A DNA stretch of 64,000 bases from Eledone cirrhosa (Eukaryota): assembly GCA_964016885.1 (NCBI GenBank), contig OZ024746.1:43896001-43960000 (forward strand), given 5' to 3'. The position numbers were made by a program, and so were the translations under genes. Below the pieces are notes generated by a model. It was not told where the DNA came from and ran no database searches. It saw only the letters and a program-made list of their open reading frames with translations. Shown here piece after piece: positions 27,226 to 39,786 of the stretch. The stretch's first letter is position 1. Each line of letters opens with the position of its first letter.

Positions 27226-30200
27226 ATGAATCTGCGAGCTACCAAGCAGCCATGTGAAGCGCCAATCCAGAGACCCTTCCCTACGAGTGTCGACAAATGC
27301 CCAAAACTCCGAGTTGGTACCATCAATGTAGGCTCAATGAAAGGAAGAGCAGGAGAAATCGTAGAACTGCTAGAGCGAAAGGAAATTGATGTATGCTGTG
27401 TGCAAGAGACTAGATGGAAAGGAGAGTCTGCTAGAATCCTTGTAGGAGAAAGTCGGTACTACAAATTTTTCTGGGTGGGAAATGACGATGGGATGGGTGG
27501 TGTAGGTATACTACTAGCTGACAAGTGGGTAGATAAAGTAATCTCAGTGTACAGGGTAAATGCAAGAATCATTAAACTCAGACTAGTCCTGAATAAAACA
27601 ATTACCACAATAATATCAGCTTACGCACCCCAATCGGGGCTGCCAGACGAACTTAAGGATAGGTTTTATGAGTCCCTAATGCACACTACTGCTCTAACAG
27701 ACGACAATGACTTCCTAATCATCGCAGGAGATTTTAACGGACACGTAAGTAAGCACTGCGACGGCTTCAATAGAGTACATGGAGGCCATGGGGTTGGCAC
27801 AAGAAATGAGGAAGGATTCAGACTTCTAGAATTCTGCGACGCCAATGACATGTCGATATGTAACAGAAACATTAAAAAACCCGACAACCACCTGATCACC
27901 TATAGATCAGGGGAGCACTCTAGTCAGATAGATTTTATCCTCATCAGAAGACGTGACAGATGGACGGTCATAAACACAAAAGCCTTCCCTAGTGAGGAAT
28001 GTACATCCCAACATAGCTTAGTTGTCAGCGACCTTACAGTCAGAACTAGACGAACCTGGAAACAGAGGCCAACCTGGAAAAGAAAGATCTGGAAGCTGAA
28101 AGACCCCTCAACCAGTAACAGATTTAAAGATATTTTACTCAACGCCTACGACAGTAAAGAAGAACAAATAGAGACATTCAATGTAGAAGAGAACTGGGAG
28201 TTCCTAAAAAATAATTTACTAGAGGCGACGGATGAGGTCTGTGGCTGGAGTAAGAACTCAAGCAGGAGGAGAGTGATTTGGTGGAGGAACAATAAGGTAG
28301 ATGAGGCAGTTAAGGCCAAGAGACAGGCATGGAAAGAATGGAAGAATGAGGGGAGCAGGGTACATTACATAGAGACCAAGAGGGAAGCTAGGCGACAAGT
28401 ATACTTAGCTAGGAGGGAAGCAGAGGATAGAAAATTCAAGCATGTTTTGCATCGTGAGGACCAGAAACAGGAGGTGTTCAAGATTGCGAGGCAGTGTGTC
28501 AGAGAGAGTTGTGATGTCATTGGAGAGAAGTGTATCCGGAATGATAAAGGTGAGCTTGCCCTCACAAGTGCTGAGAAGAAAGATGCATGGAAGAGTCATT
28601 ATGATAGATTACTAAATGAGAATGCATGGGAAGAAGAGACCCTACCCCAAGTAGACCCTATAGAGGGGCCAGCAGTACACGTCAGCAGCAACGTAGTAAG
28701 TAAGGCAATCAAAGATATGAAGATGGGGAAGGCAACCGGTCCATTGGGTATAGCTACCGAGATGCTGAAGGCATCTGGGTCTGTAGGTCATACTATAACC
28801 ACACGTATTGTTAACCAGGTCATACTAGAAGGTGTCATACCAAAAGATTGGTGCAGTAGCATCATTGTCAACTGCTACAAAGGTAAAGGTGATGCACTAG
28901 ATAGAGGAAACTATAGAGGTATAAAGTTGATGGACCAGGTCATGAAAGTAACAGAAAGAGTTATAGCACAGTTGATTAGGGACCGGGTGAAAATAGACAA
29001 GATGCAATTTGGGTTTGTACTAGGAAGAGGCACCACTGATGCCCTCTTCCTTGTGAGGCAGTTACAGGAAAAGTACCTAGCTAAAAGTAAGCCACTCTAC
29101 CTGGCATTTGTCAACCTTGAGAAAGCCTTTGACAGAGTTCCACGTGCTGTAATCTGGTGGGCTCTTAGAAAACTAGGAGTAGATGAATGGCTTGTGAAAG
29201 CGGTACAAGCCATGTATAGGGGAGCAGTCAGCAAAGTTAGGATTAGCAATGAGTATAGCGAGGAATTTAGCGTACAGGTTGGGGTCCACCAGGGCTCTGT
29301 TCTTAGCCCTCTCCTGTTCATCATAGTCCTGCAGGCAATAACGGAGGAGTTTAAGACCGGATGCCCATGGGAACTCCTGTATGCTGATGACCTCGCACTT
29401 ATAGCTGAATCTATGGTAGAACTAGAGAATAAATTCCAAACTTGGAAGCAGTGACTAGAAAGAAAGGGTCTCAAAGTCAACATGACAAAGACTAAGGTCC
29501 TTGTAAGTAGACGAGAAAACAGAACCCAGATCCCCGCAGGGAAATGGCCTTGCTCAGTATGTAGGACAGGTGTAGGTAGGAACTCCATTCTCTGCCCCAA
29601 ATGCAAACAATGGGTACACAAGAGATGTAGCGGGATCTAAGGAAGCTTAATTAAGAAGGTAGGCTTCACATGCAGCAGCTGTGCTGGGACAGCAAGCAGC
29701 CAACAGCCACCGGAAACAAGTACCACCAATCTCTGGGAAGGCCCTGTAGAAACAGTAGACAGCTTCTGCTACCTAGGTGACCAAATTAGCAGCGGAGGTG
29801 GGTGTTCAGAAAGTACAATAACTAGGGTAAGAACGGAATGGAAGAAGTTCAGGGAACTACTGCCACTGCTAGCTGCAAAAGGCTTCTCCCTCAGAATGAA
29901 AGGCAGACTGTATGATGCGTGTATCCGAACATCGATGTTGCATGGTAGTGAGACCTGGGCGCTGAAGGTGGAAGACTTACGTAGATTAGAGAGAAACGAA
30001 GCCTGCATGCTCCGATGGATGTGTAACAGTAATATACGTGAACGACAAAGCATAAATGAATTGAGAGAGAGACTGAGCATAATAGGAATCAAATGCTGTG
30101 TGCAGGAGAGGCGGTTGCGCTGGTATGGACATGTGATGCGTATGAAGGATGACAGCTGCATAAAAAGGTGCAGAGCACTAGAAGTTGATGGAAACCGCGG

Positions 30201-30345
30201 AGTGGGGAGACCCAAGATGACCTGGGATGAGGTGATAAAAGCCGACCATACCCAATTACACCTCTCAAACACAATGACACACAACCGTGACCTCTGGCGT
30301 CACGCAGTAATACAGAGTACCCGACCTCCCATGGGTACAAGCTGA
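27226..30345 (+). pseudogene. RTE-clade LINE ORF (APE endonuclease, RT, PHD-like finger) in a single frame with two premature stops
   Basis: GTINVG, VQETRW, GDFNGH, QGSVLSP, YADD. Stops TGA 29452-29454 and TAA 29638-29640; the frame continues into track ORF 29896-30345. Confidence 0.93.
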
Positions 30346-30582
30346 AGCATATAGAAAATATGCCCCCACACCGCAAGGTGGTCGTGGAGGTGCCACGGCA
30401 AAAAAGCACCCAGCCCACACTGTAAATGAGGTTGGTGTTAGGAAGGGCATCCAGCTGTATAAATCAAGCCAAATCAGTTCCTGTATGAGCAAGGCATGGT
30501 CAGCCGACCAGACACTGCCCACAACAGGACAACCCGTCTAACCCCTGCTTGCGTGGAAGAACGGACGTAAAACAGTGATGAT
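30346..30582 (+). mobile_element. RTE 3'UTR homologous to the SINE-A body and tail
   Basis: gtggtcgtggaggtgccacggcaaaaaagcacccag...gttaggaagggcatccagctgta...ggacgtaaaa. Confidence 0.8.
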
Positions 30583-30594
30583 ATACATATATAC

Positions 30595-30625
<31 letters not shown>

Positions 30626-30642
30626 CACACATATATACATAT

Positions 30643-30994
30643 GGAGGCACATGGCTTAGTGGTTAGAGCATTGGCTTTGCAATCAAAAGGTTGTGAGTTC
30701 AATTCTCAGACCGGGTGATGTGCTGTTTCCTTGAGCAAGACACTTTATTTCACATTGCTCCAGTTTACTCAGCTGTAGAAATGAGATGATAGGACTGGGG
30801 TCCTTATCATTCCACTGCAAAGTGGTCGTGGAGGTGCCACGGCAAAAAAGCACCCAGCACTCACTGTAAATGAGGTTGGTGTTAGGAAGGGCATCCAGCT
30901 GTAGAAATCAAGCCAGAATCAGTTCCCGTCCCACCCTTGCAAGCAGGGAAAAAGCGGACGTAAAATGAAATGATGATGATGATGATGATGATGA
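30643..30994 (+). mobile_element. tRNA-derived SINE family A, full length
   Basis: A box TGGCTTAGTGG, B box GAGTTCAATTC, central ccttgagcaagacactt domain, RTE-type tail (ATG)n. Confidence 0.92.
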
Positions 30995-31237
30995 TATATC
31001 ATATATATATATACACACACATATATATATATAAAACAATCTCTATACCTCTCATTTATATATATAATATATATATATACATATATATATACACAAACAC
31101 ATATATATATATACATATCATATATATACACACACACACATATATATATATACATATATATACACACACACACACATATATATATACATATATATATACA
31201 CACACACACACATATATATATATATACATATATATAT

Positions 31238-31268
<31 letters not shown>

Positions 31269-31279
31269 CATATATATAT

Positions 31280-31310
<31 letters not shown>

Positions 31311-31321
31311 CATATATATAT

Positions 31322-31368
<47 letters not shown>

Positions 31369-31497
31369 TATATATATATACACACACACATATATACACA
31401 CACACACACATATATACACACACACACACATATATACACACACATATATACACACACACACACATATATACACACACACACATATATACACACACAC

Positions 31498-31532
<35 letters not shown>

Positions 31533-31759
31533 CACGCACATATATACACACACGCACATATATACACACATACATATACACACATACATATATACACACA
31601 CATACATATATACACACACATATACACACACACATATATATATATATATATACACACACATATACACACACACACATATATACACACAAACATACACACA
31701 TATATACAAACACACGCACATACACATATATACACACATATATATATATACACACATAT
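30995..31759. repeat. (TA)n/(CA)n microsatellite
   Basis: Seen directly in the sequence. Confidence 0.95.
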
Positions 31760-32030
31760 CCCAAAAGTCAGCTCAAAAGTGACACAGAGGAGACTGAGGT
31801 TAGCTGGACATGCTCACAGACATCCAGAGTTGACATTGCACTCAGTACTCCTTTGGGAGCCCCTACATGGACACACTAGAAGAGGAAGACCAAGGTTAAC
31901 GTATGTTGATGCCCTAAGGACAGACACTGGTCTGTTGGAGATGCAGGACATGGCAGCGATAATGAGGGACAGAGACCGCTGGAGAGAACTCGTCCATGGA
32001 TCTCGGGAATTTTACCCGCCTTAGACAGAC
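31760..32030 (+). mobile_element. RTE-like LINE 3'-end fragment
   Basis: [39 protein letters not shown], then a stop and an (agac) tail. Confidence 0.8.
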
Positions 32031-32044
32031 ACATATGTGTGTGT

Positions 32045-32811
32045 GTTTTTGAATTTGTTTTACAAGATTTCTTATCTAATAACGTGTTGAAACAGATATT
32101 GTTATACTTTGGGAGGGTCATGCTGCTAATAAAAACACATACATCAAATAAGATGGTGTAGGACAGAACAAAGGAGAGACAAAATAAAAACCCAGTCACT
32201 GGAGGCACATGGCTTAGTGGTTAGAGCATTGGCCTTGCAATCGAAAGGTTGTGAGTTCAATTCTCAGACCGGGTGATGTGTTGTTTCCTTGAGCAAAACA
32301 CTTTATTTCACATTGCTCCAGTTTCCTCAGCTGTAGAAATGAGATGATAGGGACATGGATCCATATCATTCCATTGCAAAGTGGTCATGGAGGTGCCACG
32401 GCAAAAAAAGTACCCAGCCCACACTGTAAAGTGGACGTGTAAGCGCCACAGAAAAAAAAAAAAATCACCCAGCCCACACCACACTGAAGCGGTCGTGTAG
32501 GTGCCACGGCAAAAAAAGCACACATCACTCACTGTAAATGAGGTTGGTGTTAGGAAGGGCATCCAGCTGTAGAAATCAAGCCAGAATCAGTTCCCGTCCC
32601 ACCCTTGCAAGCAGGGAAAAGCGGACGTAAAATGATGATGATCACTGAGGAGGTTACAGAATGTATGTCGAAAGAGCTTTGACAATATATAAACCATCCG
32701 GTTATCGAACCAACCAACCAACCAACCGGAAATTTATAATAAATTGAAGTGAAAACCAACAGGTGCATGTGTTTTTATTGGCAGCATGACCCTCCCAAAG
32801 TATAACAATAT
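32045..32811 (+). mobile_element. Non-autonomous HHR-bearing element with a 48-bp inverted repeat, split by a SINE-A
   Basis: IR at 32096-32143/32764-32811; HHR gtca|CTGAGGA...GAAA-GAGC-TT-tgac; related to 39787-40088. Confidence 0.65.
32201..32641 (+). mobile_element. SINE family A, 3 internal units
   Basis: Full head to tail; TSD tcact(g) at 32196/32642. Confidence 0.92.
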
Positions 32812-33234
32812 ATATATATATGCAGTAAACGTGGAGAGGAAACAGAAATTAGAGTGTAGGTGATCTGGTAATCAAATATAGCATTTGAGACGACTTTTCA
32901 ATATAGGCAAGCATGTGACAACCTCTCTTGTGCTGGTGACTCAATAAAATGTACCCAGTTAACCTTGTAAAGTATTGAAATATGTGCCACAATAAAATCA
33001 CCTAGTACTCTCTACAAACAATAAGGGTTTTTCATGACTCTACTATGAAAAGTTTGCAGAGATTATGAAGGGGATCCAACCATAGAACCATGCCAAATAT
33101 GGAACATATGAGCAAGATGATGTTCTAGCATGCCAGCATGAAAAGCAAATGTATAAAGACTATTCGTGAATGACCATGGGTATGTGCAACAAGAGAATAT
33201 ATAAGTATGTTTTGAAATAGATATATAATTATGT

Positions 33235-33420
33235 TGAAGGAAGATGTGGTAGAGGTAGACCATGAAAAACATGGGCGGAGATGGTGAGAACAGACCTCAG
33301 ATCATTGAAGCTCACGGTGGAGATGACGAAGGACCGTGACGAGTGGAGAGATGCTGTGCTGAATAAGAGCCGTCCCACCCTTGCGAGCAGGGAAGAGAGG
33401 ACATAAAATGATGATGATGA
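33235..33420 (+). mobile_element. RTE 3'-end fragment with short 3'UTR
   Basis: GRGRP*KTWAEMVRTDL..DRDEWRDAVL, then ccgtcccacccttgcgagcagggaa..(ATG)n. Confidence 0.8.
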
Positions 33421-33464
33421 TATATATAATTATGTTTTGAAAAAAAAAAATAGAGAGAGAGAGA

Positions 33465-33808
33465 GAGGTACATGGCTTAGTGGTTAGAGCATTGGCCTTG
33501 CAATCGAAAGGTTGTGAGTTCAATTCTCAGACCAGGTGATGTGTTGTTTCCTTGAGCAAGACACTTTATTTCACATTGCTCCAGTTTATTTAGCTGTAGA
33601 AATGAGATAATAGGGACTGAGGTCCATATCATTCCACTGCAAAGTGGTCGTGGAGGTGCCACGGCAAAAAAAGCACCCAGCACTCACTGTAAATGAGGTT
33701 GGTGTTAGGAAGGGCATCCAGCTGTAGAAATCAAGCCAGAATCAGTTCCCATCCCACCCTTGCAAGCAGGGAAAAAGCGGACGTTAAATGAAATGAAATG
33801 AATGATGA
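33465..33808 (+). mobile_element. SINE family A
   Basis: Near-identical to 30643-30994. Confidence 0.92.
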
Positions 33809-33945
33809 TATATATAAGTATGTTTAGAAATATATATATATAAGTATGTCTTGAAATATATATATATATATATATATCCACTGAATCTTCGGACCGTTAA
33901 GGTGTGATCTCTATGGGTATGTCATTATTTATAAAACAAATTTTG

Positions 33946-34010
33946 TATTTTATATGATGAAAGCGCACCAAGGTTTGCTTGGTTGCCCTTGAAATATATA
34001 TAATAAAATA
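33946..34010 (+). ncRNA. Type I hammerhead ribozyme with C3A core substitution
   Basis: tattttat-ATGATGA-aagcgcaccaag/cttggttgccctt-GAAA-TATATA-TA-ataaaata; perfect 8-bp stem I. Lies in a ~180-bp element between (TA)n runs. Confidence 0.7.
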
Positions 34011-34051
34011 AATATGGTTTTATAAATATAGTTTCCATTTATTATTATCTT

Positions 34052-34085
<34 letters not shown>

Positions 34086-34215
34086 GATAAATCTACCAAA
34101 AATTTACGGTAGTGTCCAATCCGTGTGAAGAACTCAATGTAATCCGGATATCATGAAAAGAGAAGATGCATTCAAAAACTATTTTCGGTGAAAATTAACG
34201 GAAAACAGAGTCAAG

Positions 34216-34558
34216 ATAAAATTAATAAAGTAATGAATAAACAAAGAAACAGTTCCTTATATTAAAAAAAATTCATCATTTTACGATCGTTTCTAGGATA
34301 TATATGTGTTAGTGTTGGTATGCATATTCTATAGATCTATGTAAAATATTTATACAAACTATCAGAGGGAATATACATACCTACACATATATATGCTGTC
34401 TTCAGAAATAATTATTCCCTCTGATAGTTTGTATAAATATTTTACATAGATCTATAGAATATGCATACCAACACTAACACATATATATCCTAGAAACGAT
34501 CGTAAAATGATGAATTTTTTTTAATATAAGGAACTATTTCTTTGTTTATTCATTACTT

Positions 34559-34570
<12 letters not shown>
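34216..34570. repeat. 158-bp inverted repeat with 39-nt spacer
   Basis: Arms 34216-34373/34413-34570, one mismatch seen. Confidence 0.93.
34275..34412 (-). ncRNA. Type I hammerhead ribozyme with extended stem II
   Basis: Minus strand: attattt-CTGAAGA-cagcatatatatgtgtag...ctaacacatatatatccta-GAAA-CGATCG-TA-aaatgat. Confidence 0.72.
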
Positions 34571-34631
<61 letters not shown>

Positions 34632-34832
34632 CATAACTAAGTGGTTAAAGAGTTCACATCTTAACCACATTGTGTCCATTCAGTGTTTATGCTTAGTGTT
34701 TGTTTATATCCTATAACTTAGTTAATGGACAAAAACAGATTGATAAAATATGTACCAGACTTGAAAAAAAGGATATTATGGTCAGTCAATATGATTGAAT
34801 AAATCCCTTGAAGACTTGATTGAAACAAGTAA

Positions 34833-34867
<35 letters not shown>

Positions 34868-35949
34868 ATAAAAAGGAAAAAAAGGAAAAGAATGTAGTGT
34901 TAAAAAATGTTTGATTTAAGTTTATAATATGAGTTGGTAGATCTATTAACTCATAATATTATAATATAAGATTACATCAAAAAAATGTTAACACTACAAG
35001 TGAAGTCATTCTTTTCCTTTTTTTCAAATATACCTAACTGTACCAAGGATCTTCCACATTTTCCAATATATATATATGCCAGTGTGGAAGATGGACGTTA
35101 AACGATGATGATGATATATGGAGAGAGAGAGACTTATGCAAAATCCAGACTGCGGCACCAAGTGGTTTTGGCTTTGGCTTGTGTGTTCAGCATGCCTTTG
35201 CGAGGGTATAGTAATTTTGAAGGGTGTATAAAAATAGGTCATGTCTTGTTACTGCTTTGGTTGAAATTATCATAGTAGTAAACTGGGCTAATGGAGAAAG
35301 TGTGTATGTGTGTTGGGGCAGAGAATGGTAAATGCATCTGAACAGGCAAGGAGCCAGGAAAAGGAAGTATTGTGGGTGGGAGTAAGGGTGGTTAGTTGGT
35401 AGGAGTTAAATAGGAGGAGGAGGGGCATAATGGTCAAAGGAATTGGGGGTGGAGGGGTGAGGTATCAGGCTATATATAGACAGGGCTTAGAGGCTGAAGG
35501 AATATTTTAAAGAAAATAGAATTAAAAATAAAAAGTGGGTTATATTGAAGTAAATGAGCAAATGGTTAAGTAAATAGGATACAATAAGTTTTAAAATAGA
35601 TAAAGTTGATAATATGGGTTGGTAACCAGTGATAAAATGTATGTACTATGTGTATGCATACTGTATACATACAAGCGCACACAAGAATACTGGGAAATTT
35701 GCTACTATTATAAATTTGACAAAAGCACTACCAAGACTAGTGACCTATTTTTACACACGTTACAAATATTACGACACTTGAAAAAGCTTGCTGAACCCTT
35801 CAGGCCAAATTTGCTTGGCACTGCAGTCAGGATTTTACATATATTTATTCCCACTCTGCATCTCTCCATGCATTGAGTACTCCCATGATTAGTGGTCTCC
35901 CTGGTCTCAGCACCACAGACTCACACACATACTTTCTCTCTCTCATTTA

Positions 35950-36690
35950 TATATGCACACAGTGCAGATGTTGGGTACACAAGAGATGTAATGGAATAGC
36001 AGGCAAGCTAACAGGTAGGGAAAACTATATATGCAGTAGATGTACATGGAAATTTGACAGTAGAAGTTGCAGTGATAGACACATTTTTCAAATGCGAGTA
36101 GGACCTATAGAGGTGGTTGATAGCTTCCGATACCTAGGTGATCAGATTAGTAAAGGAGGAGGGTGCTACAAGGCCATAGTTTCCAGAATAAGGATGGGTT
36201 GGAAGAAGTTTAGGTAGCCACTTCCTCTGTTGAAAAGAAGGGCTTCTTCCTATGAACGAAAGGCCGGTTATATGATGCCTGTGTGAAATGCGCAATGCTG
36301 CATGGTAGTGAGACATGGGCAACAACTGTGGAGATATGTGATGGCTGGAGATAAATGGAGTAAGCATGCTCCATTGGATGTGCAATGTCAATGTGTGTGA
36401 ACGACTAAGCATAGACAAGTTGAGAGAGAAACTGTGTATAAGGCTGTAGTGTGCGGGAGAGAAGACTGTGTTGGTATGGACATGTGATGCACATGGAGGA
36501 TGACCGCTGGGTGAAGAAGTGCCAAGAAATCCCAGTAGAAGGAATACACAGTTGAGGAAGACCATGAAAAACATCGCTGAAGCTCACGGAGGAGATGAGA
36601 AGGGCCCATGACGAATAGAGAGATGCCATGCTTAATAAGACCCATCCCACCCTTGCAAGCAAGGAAAAGCAGACGTAAAATGATGATGTA
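35950..36690 (+). mobile_element. Decayed RTE 3' fragment (PHD-like finger to tail)
   Basis: CTQCRCWVHKRCNGI..CSRC, VVDSFRYLGD, GWKKFR; tail ccacccttgcaagc..gacgtaaaatgatg. Confidence 0.85.
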
Positions 36691-38199
36691 TGTACGTTTC
36701 TATGTAGGTATGTAAAAAGTAAACAGAAATAAAGCAAATAACACAGTACAATGATGAACTATTTCAGTTTAGCTTTAAATAATAGGAAAAGATTCTTAAC
36801 GTTTTGGACACTAATCCTTCATCAGAAGTTAGGAGAAATAAAAAAAAAGATAAGAGGAAAAAAGATAAAGAGTAAGAAGAGGAAGGAACGGGGGGGGGGG
36901 AAGAAAAAACACATGCATATTCTGTTATCAAAGTTAAAAATAAGCATAAATAATATCAACCAAATAAAAAAAAGGAGATAGGTTTTCTAATATTTGAAAG
37001 ATGACGTCTTAAGATTAAACAACCTTATATATTTGCTATCATAATTCTACTTAATTATACTAGAATGTAATAGAATGTACCAAGTGAACTAAATAACAGT
37101 CATGATATTAAAATAGAAATAAGTTTTACTAGAGTTCAAAAATAATATATATATTCAAAGCATATTTTGAATTAAAGAACATTGCATTAGAAAGGAAGTC
37201 ACAGGGAAAATGTTAAGCTTTATTGAAGAAGTGCAATATTAAGTATTCTGAACAAATGAAATAAACATGAGTGAAGATAAATGCAAGAATATAATAAATT
37301 CTTGATGTCTATACATGTAGAGAAAATGAGTAAGCACTAGGGAATCTTGTAAAATACTCCTCAAGAATTTATTGAAAACAACATGATTCATTGGAAAGGA
37401 AATTCATTGCAAAAAGTTGTAAATAAATGAGTAAACCCACTAAAGAAAAACATAGAGAAAGATATTTTATTATGTATTTCAATGTTAACAGGTACTAATC
37501 CTAAACAGAAAAATTTTTAAATGAAAAATGAATATTAAACAACACTGAAATTGGCATGTTATGTCATGTTGAGTAGCTTACAGCTTAAGGAAGAGAGATG
37601 CAGTGCAATATTGAAATGTAATAATAAACTACTGAGATCTTAAGGTGATAAATTCCATTCAGATTGGGTCTATTGAGTGGACAATTAACTTCATGGAGAA
37701 ATTCTCAAATAAGCAAGTTGTGTTCATCCCTTCTTTTCATATCACAGATAAAATTTCACTGTTGTGTTCAATTAAGTGACATTCAATAAGTAACTACCAG
37801 GGTAATGTACTTCTGATTTAAACATAAGGATGAAAGCAAGTGGATTGACTGTAAATGCCAAGTATGACGTAATAGCCTATGAACTGTGTACTATACAATG
37901 TATGAACTATAATAAATTTAAACATGGAAACAACCATTCATATATTGCATAACATTAAACTGTTAAAAGACATCTAAAGACATGCTAACACAGGAAACTA
38001 TCTTGTGCATGTATGTGTGTGTTAGGTCAGGCTTCTGCCTATTACCAGTACCATGTAACCTAGTACAACCTGCAATTGGTCAAGCTTGGTGAGTAAGGTT
38101 ACATCCCTGACATGACTAAAACTAAATAGAACATGGTGAAGGTCAACCAGGGTGAGGTTTCTCCAACAAGAGTGAGAAGGCTTTGGATTGGGTTGGATA

Positions 38200-38375
38200 T
38201 ATATATACACATGTAGATTCCCAAGTTGTGTGGTAACCACAGTTAAAAAGGTACTCAATACATTGGTAGAGTATAGGTATTTTTATTATATGTATAGGAA
38301 TGAATTCTACAGGACTCAAACTCCTTCATTCATATGAAATCATCAAGACTCTCTCTCCTCTACACACACACACAC

Positions 38376-38419
<44 letters not shown>

Positions 38420-38520
38420 TAAATAAGGTACTCAATGCCTGTGTAGAATGAAAACAATGAAGTTGGATATAGAAATGGCTTCTACAGGACTACAATTGTT
38501 TCATTCATATGAATAAATAC
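38200..38520 (-). mobile_element. Two diverged short elements related to 4215/14314, with degenerate HHR motifs
   Basis: Shared gtactcaat..gtaga motif. Minus strand reads TTGATGA-tttcatatgaat-GAAG..CTG-TA (38302-38351) and ttcatatgaat-GAAA-CAA..CTG-TA (38476-38514). Confidence 0.45.
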
Positions 38521-38579
38521 ATATGATTATAACAAAAATCAGCAAGAGGTATATTAAGGTTTTCTTCCTGGCTAAAGCA

Positions 38580-39000
38580 GAACATAGCTTAGCTACATGA
38601 CAAGCTTCTCCACATTGTCCTATTGACTTCATCCTCTCTCACCAGTGCATGGGATTTCATTTCCTTCCCCAACATTCCCAGTCATAACTTTCATGGTGAT
38701 TAAATCTTTCTTCCTTCCACCACATTAATTTCCATCGCTTCCAATCATACTCATTCTTCCTCAGCACATGACCAAACCATTACTCTTCACAACATTCATC
38801 TTCAGCAATTCATTGTTTGTCTTCCTTTCTCTGAGTAATAACCCACACATCCACTGGACCATTTTCATTTCCATACTTTCTCCACATTCATCACCCATGT
38901 GTTGCTCCCATAAATAATAGCCCTTTTCATATATGCAGGATACACTATTCTCTTCAGTTTCAGATGCATTCCCCTTCTCATTATCATGTAACTCAGTTTC
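38580..39000 (-). mobile_element. Decayed RTE 3' fragment
   Basis: EMKMVQWMCGLLLRERKTNNEL..NGLVM. Confidence 0.6.
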
Positions 39001-39468
39001 CAGAAACTCTTCCATCTACATTTCACACCAACTACTGTTGCAAAATCTGATTGCCTTTCAACATATCCATATATTTGTGTATGTATATATATTTACACAC
39101 ACACACACACATATACAACACATGCTAGCATGTAAAATGGACGTTAAACCATCATCACGATGATTATATCATCATCATCATCATCACCGTTTTATGTCCG
39201 TTCTTCCACGTGAGCATGGGGAATCATTGTCATGATTAATGGCACCATTTAATATCTATTTTTCCAGGCTTGCATGGATTAAATGTGTCGTCCACATTTT
39301 GAGGCAAGTCTGGCTAGTTAGCTGGGATATACCTTGCTCAAATGGAATTGTGTATATATATATATATATGAAAAGTTATAACAAACTGTAGAAATGTGTG
39401 TATAACTTCATACTTGAAGCATGTAAACATGCCATTAGCTCTCAGGCTGGTTGTTTAGATGATATACA

Positions 39469-39514
39469 TGCCTTCTGGTGAAAGCCCAACTTGGCTTGAA
39501 ACCAGTTAAAAGTA
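39469..39514 (+). ncRNA. Degenerate hammerhead motif (A6G)
   Basis: CTGGTGA-aagcc caactt ggctt-GAAA-CCAG-TT; imperfect stem I. Confidence 0.45.
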
Positions 39515-39786
39515 TTTATTGTTTTTTTTATTTACAGGGAAACAGGTATATTTGGCATATTTACATAACTGCTCACTCAGTGTGTAAATTCATATACACA
39601 TTTATGCAATCTCAGTTGCCCCTATTCAGTGCATATATACAGATATAGCATTTTCATATACTTAGATTGCTTAGCACACACCTTTAATTAATGACATGAG
39701 TGCTTATATTATGTAAATGTAGAAAATCAGCAGAGACTTTGAAGTTTCAGCTTCATCACTTCATATATATATATATTTATATATAT

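Noticed and set aside
29452-29640. Programmed readthrough of the RTE stops
   Set aside because: TGA and TAA are each one substitution from likely GGA/AAA codons; ordinary decay is simpler.
30643-30715. Functional tRNA genes at SINE heads
   Set aside because: The cloverleafs are imperfect and continue into SINE body and tail in multiple copies.
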